Source of the DNA: an archaeon
GTDB lineage: Archaea; Nanobdellota; Nanobdellia; Pacearchaeales; GW2011-AR1
Direction: 5' to 3'
Assembly: GCA_030605415.1 (NCBI GenBank)
Contig: JAUWIJ010000006.1
Coordinates: 2,335 to 66,334 of the forward strand
Length of the DNA: 64,000 nucleotides
Positions 29,357-39,388 of the stretch are shown one piece after another; positions within the stretch are counted from its first letter, which is position 1; every line of letters begins with the position of its first letter. The translations under genes and the position numbers were made by a program. The notes below the pieces were generated by a model. The model searched no databases and had not been told where the DNA came from. It saw nothing but the letters and a program-made list of their open reading frames with translations.

Positions 29357-32300
29357 ATGAAATCAATTAGAAAAAAAATTAAGGAGCTGAGTTTTTCTTT
29401 GCTTAGTCCTGAGCAGATTAAGAAATTGAGCGTTGCGAAGATTGTGACGCCGGAGCTTTATGATGTTGATGGTTATCCTGTCGACGGTGGATTGATGGAT
29501 TTGAGGCTTGGTGCGATTGATCCGGGTGTTAGGTGTCGAACTTGCGGTGGGCGATTGAAAGAGTGCCTGGGTCATCCTGGTATAATCGAATTTGCGAGAC
29601 CTGTTGTTCATATTAAATATTTACCTATTATTGATTTGGTTCTTCGAAGCACATGTGAGGCGTGTGGTAAAGTTTTGATTAAAGACGAGAAGGATTTGGC
29701 TAAAGATTTGATTGGCAGAATTAAGAAAGCAAAAGACGGGAAAAAATGTCCGCACTGTTCAATTATTCAGGAGAAGACTAAGTTGGAAAAACCGACTACT
29801 TTTAGAAGTGGCAGGAGAAGATTATTTCCTTCAGAGATTAGAGAGAGGCTGGTTAAGGTTTCCGACGAGGATTTGAAGATTTTGGGAATTAATGCGGCGA
29901 CTTTGAGACCTGAGTGTGCAATTTTAACTTCGTTGCTTGTCCCATCTGTGACAGTTCGTCCGTCGATTACTTTAGAATCTGGCGAGAGGTCTGAGGACGA
30001 TTTGACTCATAAGTTGTCGGATATTATTCGTTCGAATCAGAGGCTTTGGGAGAACTTGAATGCCGGTGCGCCTGAGGTTATTATTGAGGACCTTTGGGAT
30101 TTGTTGCAGTATCATATTACGACTTTTTTTGATAATTCAATTGCCAAGATTCCTCCTGCTCGACATAGAAGTGGTCAGCCCCTGAAAACAATTACAGAAA
30201 GAATTAAAGGCAAGGAGGGTCGAATTAGAAAAAATTTGGCTGGTAAGAGAGTTAATTATTCGGCGCGTACTGTTATTTCTCCGGACCTTAATTTGAAATT
30301 GAATGAGGTGGGTGTTCCGTACGAGGTTGCTAAAATTTTGACTGTTGCAGAGAGGGTAACTTCTATTAATATAAAAAGAATGAAGAAATTGGTTGCCAGT
30401 ACAGAATATCCTATGGCAAATTATATTTTGAGGATTGATGGCAAGAGAAAGAAAATTGTTGATGAGTTGAGGGACGAATTAATTGAGGAGCTTGAACCTG
30501 GCTATATTGTTGAGAGGCATCTTGTCGACGGTGATGTTGTATTATTTAATCGACATCCGTCTTTGCATAGAGCTTCGTTAATGGCGCATTATGTTAAGGT
30601 AATTTCTGGCAGGACTTTTAGAATTCATCCTGCGGTTTGTGCTCCTTATAATGCCGATTTTGACGGTGATGAAATGAATATTCACGCACCTCAGACCGAA
30701 GAGGCTCGGGCTGAAGCAAAAATTTTATTGAATGTTAATGCTAATTTGTTTTCTCCGAAAAATAATATGAATTTTCTTGGTTGTGTTAAGGATGCGGTTA
30801 GTGGTAATTTTATGTTGAGTGAAGCTGAATTGAGCAAGGAGGACGCTTCGCAGTTATTGCATGAAGTGGGGGTTGAGATACCCAATTTAAACAAGATTAA
30901 TTCTGGCAAGGATGTTTTTGAAAAAGTTATACCTAAATTTATTGTTGGCAAGGGTTTTGATGCGACAAATTTTAAGACGGGAAGGGGAGAGGTTTTAAGG
31001 GTCATAGATAAGGAACATAATCGTGAATCCGCCGTTGAACTTCTGAGACAGGTTTTTTCGCTTGGTACGACTTTTTTATCGAGGACAGGATTTACGCTTG
31101 CGATGGAGGATTTGGATGTTCCCGAATCCGTGAAGAAAAAAACATCAAAGATTATTGAGGTTGCTGAAGAAAAAACATCAAAGATTATTGAGAGTTATTA
31201 TGATGGTAGTTTAGAGTTATTGCCAGGGAAGAGTGCGGAGGAGACGAGAGAGAATAAGATTTTGCATGCTTTGAATGAGACGCGAACTGAGATTGGGGAT
31301 GCAGTTAAAGAGGGTTTTCCTAAGGATAATTTAGCGAGCAAGATGATTGGTTCGGGTGCTGGAGGTAGCATGTTGAATATTACTCAGATTGCGTGTTCGG
31401 TTGGGCAGCAGGTTTTGCATGGTCGTAGGATTGATTTTGGTTATACAGAGAGGACGTTGCCGTTTTTTAAGAGAGGTGATTTATCAGCTAGTGCTGGCGG
31501 TTTTATTTATGGTTCGTTTATGAAGGGTTTGAAACCTGAGGAATTTTTCTTTGGTGCTATGACGGGTAGGGATGGTTTAATGGATACTGCGCTTAGAACT
31601 CCTAAGTCCGGTTATTTATACAGACGATTGGCTAATGCTTTGCAGGATTTAATTATGGCTTATGACGGGACTGTCAGAGATGCTTCGAATAATATTATTC
31701 AGTTCATTTATGGTATTGATGGTTTGGATATTTCGGCCAAACATTTGAATAAGAAAGTTGTGCCGGGTGAGGCTATTGGTATTGTGACTGCTCAGTCTTT
31801 TGGTGAGGCGTCGACGCAGATGGTTCTGAATGTGTTTCATGCGGCAGGTGTTGCAGAGATGCAGGTTACTCAGGGACTTCCTCGTATTATTGAGATTTTG
31901 GATGCTCGTAAGTTGCCTAAGACACCGTCTATGGAAATTTATTTAGACAAGAAACACAATAATGAAAAGGATGCCAGAATTGTTGCTGAGAAAATTAAGG
32001 AAGTTAAGTTGAAGGAAATTATTTCGGATATTGCAATTGATTTTGGTTCAAAGAAAATTAAGATTAGCGTTGATATGAAGGCATTGAAGAGTGTGCATAT
32101 TTCTTTAGATAAGGTAGTCGAAATTCTTGGAGAGAAAGGTTTTGATATTAAAAAATTGTCTGATGGTATGGTTCTTGATATGACTAAAGAAGATTTTAAG
32201 ACTATTTATAAAATTAAAGAGAAAATTAAAGAAGTTATTTTGACAGGTATTAAAAATATTTCGCAGGTTCTTGTTGTTAAGCGAAATAGGGATTACGTTA

Positions 32301-32764
32301 TTTTGACTGCTGGTTCTAATTTGAAAGATGTTATGTCATTTAAGGGTGTTGATGCTGACAGGGTTTTGAGTAATGATATTCATGAGGTTTCGCAGGTGTT
32401 GGGTATTGAGACGACTCGACAGTTGATTATTAATGAAATTAATAAGGTGATTAGTTCACAGGGTCTTGCCGTTGATGGTAAGCATGCTATGTTGGTTGCG
32501 GATACAATGACGAATTCGGGTGTTGTTAAGGGAATTACTCGTATGGGAATTATTTCTGACAAGAGTTCTATTTTAGCGAAGGCTTCGTTCGAGACTCCTG
32601 TGCCTCAGTTTGTTCAGGCTACTAAGATTGGAAGAAAGGATAAGTTAGCGTCGGTGATTGAGAATATTATTTTGAATCAACCTGTGCCTGTTGGGACAGG
32701 GTTGCCTGGTCTTTTGGTTAAGGTTACTGGTTCGTTAGCAGAAAAGAAGGAGAAAAATAAATGA
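29357..32764 (+). CDS. rpo1: RNA polymerase subunit Rpo1 (A' and A'' fused)
   Basis: YNADFDGDEMN, bridge helix SGYLYRRL, GEASTQM trigger region, ASFE, all in one ORF. Confidence 0.97.
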   Translation: MKSIRKKIKELSFSLLSPEQIKKLSVAKIVTPELYDVDGYPVDGGLMDLRLGAIDPGVRCRTCGGRLKECLGHPGIIEFARPVVHIKYLPIIDLVLRSTCEACGKVLIKDEKDLAKDLIGRIKKAKDGKKCPHCSIIQEKTKLEKPTTFRSGRRRLFPSEIRERLVKVSDEDLKILGINAATLRPECAILTSLLVPSVTVRPSITLESGERSEDDLTHKLSDIIRSNQRLWENLNAGAPEVIIEDLWDLLQYHITTFFDNSIAKIPPARHRSGQPLKTITERIKGKEGRIRKNLAGKRVNYSARTVISPDLNLKLNEVGVPYEVAKILTVAERVTSINIKRMKKLVASTEYPMANYILRIDGKRKKIVDELRDELIEELEPGYIVERHLVDGDVVLFNRHPSLHRASLMAHYVKVISGRTFRIHPAVCAPYNADFDGDEMNIHAPQTEEARAEAKILLNVNANLFSPKNNMNFLGCVKDAVSGNFMLSEAELSKEDASQLLHEVGVEIPNLNKINSGKDVFEKVIPKFIVGKGFDATNFKTGRGEVLRVIDKEHNRESAVELLRQVFSLGTTFLSRTGFTLAMEDLDVPESVKKKTSKIIEVAEEKTSKIIESYYDGSLELLPGKSAEETRENKILHALNETRTEIGDAVKEGFPKDNLASKMIGSGAGGSMLNITQIACSVGQQVLHGRRIDFGYTERTLPFFKRGDLSASAGGFIYGSFMKGLKPEEFFFGAMTGRDGLMDTALRTPKSGYLYRRLANALQDLIMAYDGTVRDASNNIIQFIYGIDGLDISAKHLNKKVVPGEAIGIVTAQSFGEASTQMVLNVFHAAGVAEMQVTQGLPRIIEILDARKLPKTPSMEIYLDKKHNNEKDARIVAEKIKEVKLKEIISDIAIDFGSKKIKISVDMKALKSVHISLDKVVEILGEKGFDIKKLSDGMVLDMTKEDFKTIYKIKEKIKEVILTGIKNISQVLVVKRNRDYVILTAGSNLKDVMSFKGVDADRVLSNDIHEVSQVLGIETTRQLIINEINKVISSQGLAVDGKHAMLVADTMTNSGVVKGITRMGIISDKSSILAKASFETPVPQFVQATKIGRKDKLASVIENIILNQPVPVGTGLPGLLVKVTGSLAEKKEKNK

Positions 32765-32994
32765 GTATAAAAGAAATTAAGGAAGCGATGGAAAAAGGGA
32801 ATGTTCTTTTTGGAGTTCGACAAGCATTAAAAAATAAAAAGTTGAAGCAGGTTTTTATTTCTAAGGATACTCGAGATGAAACGGTTGAAAAGCTCGAGGC
32901 TGCCAAAATCGAATTTGATGTTTTGAAGTCTAAGGCGGATATTTCTAAGGAATTAAATCTTGATTTCGAGTGCGAAGTTTTTTCTATTAAATAA
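32761..32994 (+). CDS. rpl30e: Ribosomal protein eL30-like (short L7Ae family)
   Basis: Conserved position after rpo1; GNVLFGVRQALK. Confidence 0.75.
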   Translation: MSIKEIKEAMEKGNVLFGVRQALKNKKLKQVFISKDTRDETVEKLEAAKIEFDVLKSKADISKELNLDFECEVFSIK

Positions 32995-33050
32995 GATGGC
33001 TGGGGTAACATTAAAAATGTTTCATGAATCCATTTTCGGGAGAATAAAAA

Positions 33051-33476
33051 ATGGCTGAGGTTATTGATATGCAGATGATGAGGTACATTAATTTGTTTTC
33101 TAAGACTACGAGAATTCAGACGACGAAAGTTTTTGTTTATAATAATCAAATTATTTTTGTGGTTCCGAAGAGCAAGGTTTCAGTTGCGATTGGGAGAGAT
33201 GCGGTTAATGCTAAGAAGTTGAATGAGATTTTGCGGAAGAAAATTAAAATTGTCGCGATGCCTACTGTCGAAAATAATGAGGGAATTGAAAAATTTATTA
33301 AAGATGTTGTAGCGCCTGTTGAATTTAATGGTATTGAGATACGGGGAGATTCTCTTGTTCTTAATGCTGGTCGTCAGAGTAAGGCGGCTTTGATTGGGCG
33401 GGGTCGCCAGAGAGAAAAAGAGCTTACAGATGTTTTGAAGAATTTTTTTGGGATTGCGAAATTGAGGATTGCTTAG
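33051..33476 (+). CDS. nusA: Archaeal NusA (KH domains)
   Basis: AIGRDAVN and ALIGRG KH motifs; synteny. Confidence 0.88.
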   Translation: MAEVIDMQMMRYINLFSKTTRIQTTKVFVYNNQIIFVVPKSKVSVAIGRDAVNAKKLNEILRKKIKIVAMPTVENNEGIEKFIKDVVAPVEFNGIEIRGDSLVLNAGRQSKAALIGRGRQREKELTDVLKNFFGIAKLRIA

Positions 33477-33562
33477 AAATATTTATAGAGTAACATTAAA
33501 AATGTTTCACGAAAATTTTTTTGGCAAAAGTTTTTAAACCAAATTTTCACTTAATTTATACG

Positions 33563-33985
33563 ATGGGATTAATGAATGGACGAAAATTAAAGAAAGATAG
33601 GAAGAAGTTTAGGGATAATAGGTTGCCTGATAAAAAGAAGCGACTTGGGATTAGTCTTAAGTTTGATTCTTTGGGGAGGTCGTCGCAGGCGAAGGGGATT
33701 GTTACGAAGAAAATTCAGAAGGAAGCTAAGCAGCCTAACTCAGCTATGAGAAAATGTTGCAGGGTGCAGTTGATTAAGAATGGCAAGGAAGAGACGGTGT
33801 TTATTCCTGGGAACTTGGCGCAGAAATTTGTTGACGAACACGACGAAGTTATTATCGAGAGAATTGGCGGGAAGCAGGGACGGACGAAGGGCGATTTGTC
33901 GGGAGTTAGATTTCAGGTTATTAAAGTAAATGATCAGCCATTGGCTCGACTTTGGTCGGGGAAGATTGAGAAGGGAAGACGATGA
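33563..33985 (+). CDS. rps12: 30S ribosomal protein uS12
   Basis: EAKQPNSAMRKCCRVQLIKNGK. Confidence 0.96.
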   Translation: MGLMNGRKLKKDRKKFRDNRLPDKKKRLGISLKFDSLGRSSQAKGIVTKKIQKEAKQPNSAMRKCCRVQLIKNGKEETVFIPGNLAQKFVDEHDEVIIERIGGKQGRTKGDLSGVRFQVIKVNDQPLARLWSGKIEKGRR

Positions 33986-34072
33986 AATTTTTTCAAGATT
34001 TCATGGGTGTTCGGTGTTCGGTGTTCGGGTGTTCGGGGCTTGGCGAGTTGAAGGTTGGGGGGAGGTTTTAGG

Positions 34073-34327
34073 ATGGGAGGAATGGGCTGTAGTGGTTTTG
34101 GGATGAATTATAGAATGCCTGAAGTTTTAGATATTATGTTAAGTCCAGAGAGTAATTATGCTTGTATTATTGAAGTGGATAGAGAGACAAATAGGGTTAG
34201 GAGGAGTGAGACATCCTTGACTCATTTCTACAATAGATCTGAAGCAGAAATTAGTTTTGGTTCATCTGATTCTGATGAGAGAATATTTGAAAAGGTTTCT
34301 AAATTTGGCGAGGTATTTAGTTTCTAA
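34073..34327 (+). CDS. Hypothetical protein between rps12 and rps7
   Basis: ORF after a ggtgttc heptamer array; RBS-like ggagg; start uncertain. Confidence 0.45.
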   Translation: MGGMGCSGFGMNYRMPEVLDIMLSPESNYACIIEVDRETNRVRRSETSLTHFYNRSEAEISFGSSDSDERIFEKVSKFGEVFSF

Positions 34328-34328
34328 A

Positions 34329-34922
34329 ATGGAAATGAAAATTTTTGGTCTGTTTGATGCTTCGGATATTGGGGTGGAGGATCCGGGGATGAGGAGGGTT
34401 ATTAATCTGAATGCTAAGTTGATGTTGAAATCGCACGGGCGAATTAAGTGGGACCCGACGAGGGCGAAGGTTAATGTTATTGAGAGGCTGGTTAATTTGT
34501 TGCAGGTTCCTGGGTCGCGGGGGAAGAAGCATAGAATTATTACGGGATGGATTACGGGGAAGCAGACCCGATGTATAGGCATTGTTATTGATGCGTTTAA
34601 GATTATAGAGGAGAAAACAGGGGAAAATCCTTTGAAGGTTTTTATTAAGGCAATTGAGAATGGTGCGCCAAGGGACGAGGTTGTTGCTGTAGAGTATGGT
34701 GGAGCAAGGTATCCGCAGGCAGTTGATGTTTCGCCACGACGGAGATTGAATTTAGTTTTGCGATATTTTGTCAATGGAGCTTATGACAAGGCGTTTAATA
34801 AGAAGGCAACTATTGTCGAGGCTTTAGCAAAAGAGATTATGTTGGCGGCTGAAAATTCGGGCGAGAGTTATGCTGTTCGGAAGAGGAATGATTTGGAAAA
34901 GCAAGCAGACGCAGCAAGATAG
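34329..34922 (+). CDS. rps7: 30S ribosomal protein uS7
   Basis: IEEKTGENP, YGGARYPQAVDVSPRRR. Confidence 0.96.
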   Translation: MEMKIFGLFDASDIGVEDPGMRRVINLNAKLMLKSHGRIKWDPTRAKVNVIERLVNLLQVPGSRGKKHRIITGWITGKQTRCIGIVIDAFKIIEEKTGENPLKVFIKAIENGAPRDEVVAVEYGGARYPQAVDVSPRRRLNLVLRYFVNGAYDKAFNKKATIVEALAKEIMLAAENSGESYAVRKRNDLEKQADAAR

Positions 34923-35086
34923 ACTGTGCTTGTCTTGGGGTATTAGGCATTGGGGCGCTTTGCTGTTAGGTGTTAGGTTATTAGAAAGAAAAAGCAATCT
35001 TTATAATAAAGTTTTGGAAAAGGTATGAATCTATATATATTTTCATTATAACAATTTTTAAAAACGTTAAGTTCGATTGGAATGGT

Positions 35087-35479
35087 ATGAGTGCTAAAAT
35101 AATTGGTTATCGACCTTTGACCTCTATAGTTCCATATAAAGTTATTGAAGAGAGCGCACCGAAAAAGGGATTTTCTTTTTTGGAGAGTTTGAAGACAAAA
35201 GAACAGCAGGTTAAATTTTTTGAAAAGAGTTTATGTGAATCGGTATACCTTTCTTTAGAAGGAGTTCCGGAAAATTTAATGGCTATTCGAAGGGCAAAAC
35301 ATAGTGATATTTTATTTAAAATAAATAGAGAGTATGGAATAATATTTGGTGTGTATATAAACAGGGAAAAGTGGACAGAGACGGCGGTAACTGTTTACAA
35401 TTATTATCATCACATGAAGGGGTTCCCATTAAGAGAAGTAATAAGATTTAAAGGCTCATTGGCGGATGTGGTTGCTTAA
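35087..35479 (+). CDS. Hypothetical protein
   Basis: 130-aa ORF with upstream TATA. Confidence 0.6.
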   Translation: MSAKIIGYRPLTSIVPYKVIEESAPKKGFSFLESLKTKEQQVKFFEKSLCESVYLSLEGVPENLMAIRRAKHSDILFKINREYGIIFGVYINREKWTETAVTVYNYYHHMKGFPLREVIRFKGSLADVVA

Positions 35480-35509
35480 TTTATTAACGGTTAATTTTAT
35501 AGGACAATA

Positions 35510-35692
35510 ATGGATTCAATCAGACTATCTACAAAAGGGACTGAACAAGTTTTTAATTCATTCGAAGGTATGAGTAAGCATGCAAAAAATTTGTTCAGAT
35601 TGGGTTCAGAAGAAGATAAGACAGATTTGGAAAAAATTGGATTTAAGGTGAATGTACAGGAAGGTTATGGGCATTTTACAATGACAAAATAA
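35510..35692 (+). CDS. Small hypothetical protein
   Basis: 60-aa ORF. Confidence 0.4.
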   Translation: MDSIRLSTKGTEQVFNSFEGMSKHAKNLFRLGSEEDKTDLEKIGFKVNVQEGYGHFTMTK

Positions 35693-35776
35693 AAACAGGA
35701 TTATCTGTTTAGATTTATGAGGATGGAAAAATTTCTTTTTCAATAATTTTATATATCTGTTTATTCTATCTCGACT

Positions 35777-36517
35777 ATGAAAAAAATGAAAAAAAGTAAA
35801 TATAAAACCCCTACAGAAAGAATACAATCTTTTTTTCGTCCTGATTTAGAAAGTGTATGGATAAAAACTCCTGGAAAAATAAAATCAGCAAAAAGATACA
35901 AAAGGGCGAAGAAATCTGTGAAATTTGAAAGTCCTGATTATTTACACACCCAAATTCATACACACCCAATGCATTATCCTAAAGATTATTTTTATAGAGT
36001 GGGAATAGGTTTTCCCTCTATACCTGATTTTGAGGGGTTCTTTAAAGATAGAAATATTAAAACAATGGTTGTAGCCCAACTTAATCCAAAATTAAAAAAA
36101 GTTGAAGGATATACTTTTGTAAGAAAAAAGAAACATTTTGTAACAGAAAAAAGTAAAAATCTAATTTCAAAATTAGAAGCCGAGAAAGCACCTACTTGCT
36201 ATGATAAATTTCAAGATGTATTAGATTCAAGATATCTTCAATTTAGATTTGTTCCTGCTCGGGGTTATCGATTTGAAAAAGATGAATTAATTTATCAAAA
36301 AAAAACAGATAGAGAATACAGATTAGGAATAATAGTTTTTTTTGCATTTTTAATAATTTTATTTTTTTCTCAAAAAAAACTTACTGGATTTACGATTTTG
36401 GCAGGAAAGACATTTCCTTTTCCATCAATTTTTATCTTGTTTATGCTTTTAATAGGATTAACATTTTATCTAATAAGAAAAAAAATAAATTTTTATTCTG
36501 GGAAAAATAAAAATTGA
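35777..36517 (+). CDS. Hypothetical membrane protein with a JAB/MPN-like motif
   Basis: IHTHP...FPSIPD plus two C-terminal TM helices. Confidence 0.55.
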   Translation: MKKMKKSKYKTPTERIQSFFRPDLESVWIKTPGKIKSAKRYKRAKKSVKFESPDYLHTQIHTHPMHYPKDYFYRVGIGFPSIPDFEGFFKDRNIKTMVVAQLNPKLKKVEGYTFVRKKKHFVTEKSKNLISKLEAEKAPTCYDKFQDVLDSRYLQFRFVPARGYRFEKDELIYQKKTDREYRLGIIVFFAFLIILFFSQKKLTGFTILAGKTFPFPSIFILFMLLIGLTFYLIRKKINFYSGKNKN

Positions 36518-36604
36518 GTTGTAAATTGTTAATTCTTTTTTTCGTCGTGAAAATTATTTTTTAGTAGACAAAAGTTTTTAAACCAATTTTTCAATTAATT
36601 ATCT

Positions 36605-38776
36605 ATGGCAATTGATACGACGGCAAAAGTTAAGGAGTTACAGAGAGATCCTACGCATATTCGTAATATTGCTATTTGTGCGCACATCGACCACGGCAAG
36701 ACGACGTTTTCTGATAACTTGTTGGCTGGCGCTGGGATGATGAGCGAGGCATTGGCAGGAAAGGCACGGACTTTGGATTTTCACGAGGACGAAGCGGAAC
36801 GGGGAATTACGATTGATTCAGCTTCGGTTTCTATGATTCATTCGGTTGAGGGTCAGGATTATTTAATCAATTTAATCGATACTCCGGGGCATGTCGATTT
36901 TGGAGGCGATGTTACTCGAGCAATGAGGGCGGTTGATGGTGCGATTGTTTTGACCTGTGCTTCCGAGGGTATTATGCCTCAAACTGAGACAGTTCTTCGT
37001 CAGGCGTTGAAGGAAAGGGTTAAGCCGATTTTATTTATTAATAAAGTTGACAGATTAATCAGAGAAGTTAAACTGACTCCTGAAGAAATGCAGAAAAGAT
37101 TTGTGGATATTATTAATAATGTAAATAAGTTGATTGCTGAGATTGCCGAGCCTGAGTATAAACAGAAATGGCAGGTTAATGTTGCCGATGGTTCGGTTGC
37201 GTTTGGTTCGGCTTTTCATAATTGGGCTTTGAGTATTCCGTATATGCAGAAAAATAATATTTCTTTCAAAGAAGTTATTGATGCTTACGAGGCTGGTGGA
37301 GAGGAGTATAAGGTCTTGGCTAAAAAGGCGCCGATTCATGAGGTTATTTTGAATATGGTAGTTAATAATCATCCCGACCCTGTGACTGCGCAGAAGTATA
37401 GAATTCCCAAAATTTGGCGTGGCGATTTGAAAAGTGAAGAAGGTAAAGATTTAGTTAGTTGTAATATTGAGGGTGAGGTTGCGTTTGTGCCTATTAAAAT
37501 TGTGATTGATCCTCACGCTGGCGAGGTTGCGGCTGGTCGGTTATTTGGTGGCAGGATTAAACAGGGTGATGAGTTGTATATGAATATTGCCGGAAGGAAA
37601 GTCAGGGCTCAGCAGGTTTCAATTTACAAGGGTGCGAGTAGGGTTCAGCTTGATGAAGTTGTAGCTGGTAATATTGTTGGCATTGTTGGATTGAAAGATA
37701 TTGTCGTCGGCGAAACTGTTTCTACTAATCCTATTGAACCGTTTGAGGCGATTAGTCATTTGTTTGAGCCGGTTGTTACGAAATCAATTAGTGCGAAGAG
37801 GACTGCGGATTTACCGAAGCTGATTGAAATTTTGAGACAGGTAGGGAAGGAAGACCCGTCGCTAAGGATTGAAATTAATGAAGAGACTGGCGAGTCTTTA
37901 ATGTCTGGGATGGGAGAGTTGCATTTAGAGATTATTGAAAATAGAATTAAGACAGAGAAAGGACTTGAGGTTGAAATGGGGCCTCCTATTATTGTTTACA
38001 GAGAAGCGGTTTCGAAACTTAGTGATGTTGCCGAGGGTCGTTCGCCTAATAAACATAATAGTTTTTTCCTGACGGTTGAGCCATTAGAGGATGTGATTGT
38101 TCAGGCGGTTGCTGATGGCAATTTACCGAAGGGCAGGATTAAAAAGAAAGATAAAGCGCTGGATGAAACATTGGTTGGACTTGGGATTTCCAGGGACGAG
38201 GCACAGCAGTATAGAGATATTTTTAGTGGAAATGTTTTTTTAGATAAAACTAAAGGAGAGGTTCATATTGGCGAGGTTATTGAGTTGGTTTTGGATTCTT
38301 TTGAGGAAGTTATGAAGGCAGGTCCTTTGGCGAGGGAGCCGACTTTGAAACTGAAGGTTTCTTTGGTTGATTTGAAGTTACATGAGGATGCGATTCACAG
38401 GGGCCCTGCTCAGGTATACCCGGCTATACGAGAGGGTCTTCGGGCGGCTTTTGCTAAAGCGGTTCCTATTATTTACGAGCCTGTTCAGATTCATCAGATT
38501 GAAGTGCCTATAGATTTTATGGGTGCGGTTACATCATTGGTTTCTACTAAGAGAGGAGTTTTGGTTGATGTTCAGCAGGATGAAACGGGGGCTACGATTA
38601 GGGCAGAGATTCCGGTTCAGGAAATGCTTGGATGGACTTCTGATTTGCGTAGTGCGACGGAAGGCAGAGGAGTTTCCAGCTTAGTTTCCCAGACTTTCAA
38701 GAAATTACCTAACGATATGCAGGTGAAAGTTATTGGGCAGATTAGGGAACGGAAAGGTTTGGCTGAGAATCAATAA
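36605..38776 (+). CDS. fusA: Elongation factor EF-2
   Basis: AHIDHGKTT, DTPGHVDF, NKVD, HEDAIHRG diphthamide loop. Confidence 0.98.
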   Translation: MAIDTTAKVKELQRDPTHIRNIAICAHIDHGKTTFSDNLLAGAGMMSEALAGKARTLDFHEDEAERGITIDSASVSMIHSVEGQDYLINLIDTPGHVDFGGDVTRAMRAVDGAIVLTCASEGIMPQTETVLRQALKERVKPILFINKVDRLIREVKLTPEEMQKRFVDIINNVNKLIAEIAEPEYKQKWQVNVADGSVAFGSAFHNWALSIPYMQKNNISFKEVIDAYEAGGEEYKVLAKKAPIHEVILNMVVNNHPDPVTAQKYRIPKIWRGDLKSEEGKDLVSCNIEGEVAFVPIKIVIDPHAGEVAAGRLFGGRIKQGDELYMNIAGRKVRAQQVSIYKGASRVQLDEVVAGNIVGIVGLKDIVVGETVSTNPIEPFEAISHLFEPVVTKSISAKRTADLPKLIEILRQVGKEDPSLRIEINEETGESLMSGMGELHLEIIENRIKTEKGLEVEMGPPIIVYREAVSKLSDVAEGRSPNKHNSFFLTVEPLEDVIVQAVADGNLPKGRIKKKDKALDETLVGLGISRDEAQQYRDIFSGNVFLDKTKGEVHIGEVIELVLDSFEEVMKAGPLAREPTLKLKVSLVDLKLHEDAIHRGPAQVYPAIREGLRAAFAKAVPIIYEPVQIHQIEVPIDFMGAVTSLVSTKRGVLVDVQQDETGATIRAEIPVQEMLGWTSDLRSATEGRGVSSLVSQTFKKLPNDMQVKVIGQIRERKGLAENQ

Positions 38777-38810
38777 ATTTATAAATAGTCACTTCTTTAG
38801 AATTACTACA

Positions 38811-39281
38811 ATGACAATAAAAAATATTGCTGAAAAAGTTGCAGGAGTTTTGCCAATTGGAAGTGGAATTAAATATAATATTAATCAATTCGAAAAACCG
38901 ATAGAAGAAAGAGATAGTGGAATTAGATATATTGGTAAAATTTTAGGGCATGCTACTTATACCGCAGTTTTTGGTGCTTATGTTCTTATAGGAAGTGTAG
39001 GTGGTATTTGGACACCTCAACAATATAAACAAGCTTTTGAAAAAGTTAAAGCAAGAAATGAACAAAACAAAATAGAAATAGCACAAACAGAAGAATACAA
39101 ACAAAAACTTTTTGGAGAAAATGGTTATGCTGATAAAGATGGAGAAAAAGGAATTAGTCCTTCTGAAAGATTTGAAGTTTATAAAAGAGCTGGATTGGAA
39201 GATAAAATAATTTTTCCAGAACTTTCTGTAAAAGATTTAGAAAAAGCAGTAAAGAGTTATGAGGCAGATAATCAAGAATAA
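38811..39281 (+). CDS. Hypothetical membrane protein
   Basis: One TM segment; EF-hand-like DKDGEKGISPSE; own TATA box. Confidence 0.6.
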   Translation: MTIKNIAEKVAGVLPIGSGIKYNINQFEKPIEERDSGIRYIGKILGHATYTAVFGAYVLIGSVGGIWTPQQYKQAFEKVKARNEQNKIEIAQTEEYKQKLFGENGYADKDGEKGISPSERFEVYKRAGLEDKIIFPELSVKDLEKAVKSYEADNQE

Positions 39282-39388
39282 TTCCCAACCAATATCTTTA
39301 AAAACCATTATTAATACATTATATTTATACCTTAGATGAACAAAATTCTCGAGGGTAATTAAACTAACTAAATTAGGAAATAAGAAAT

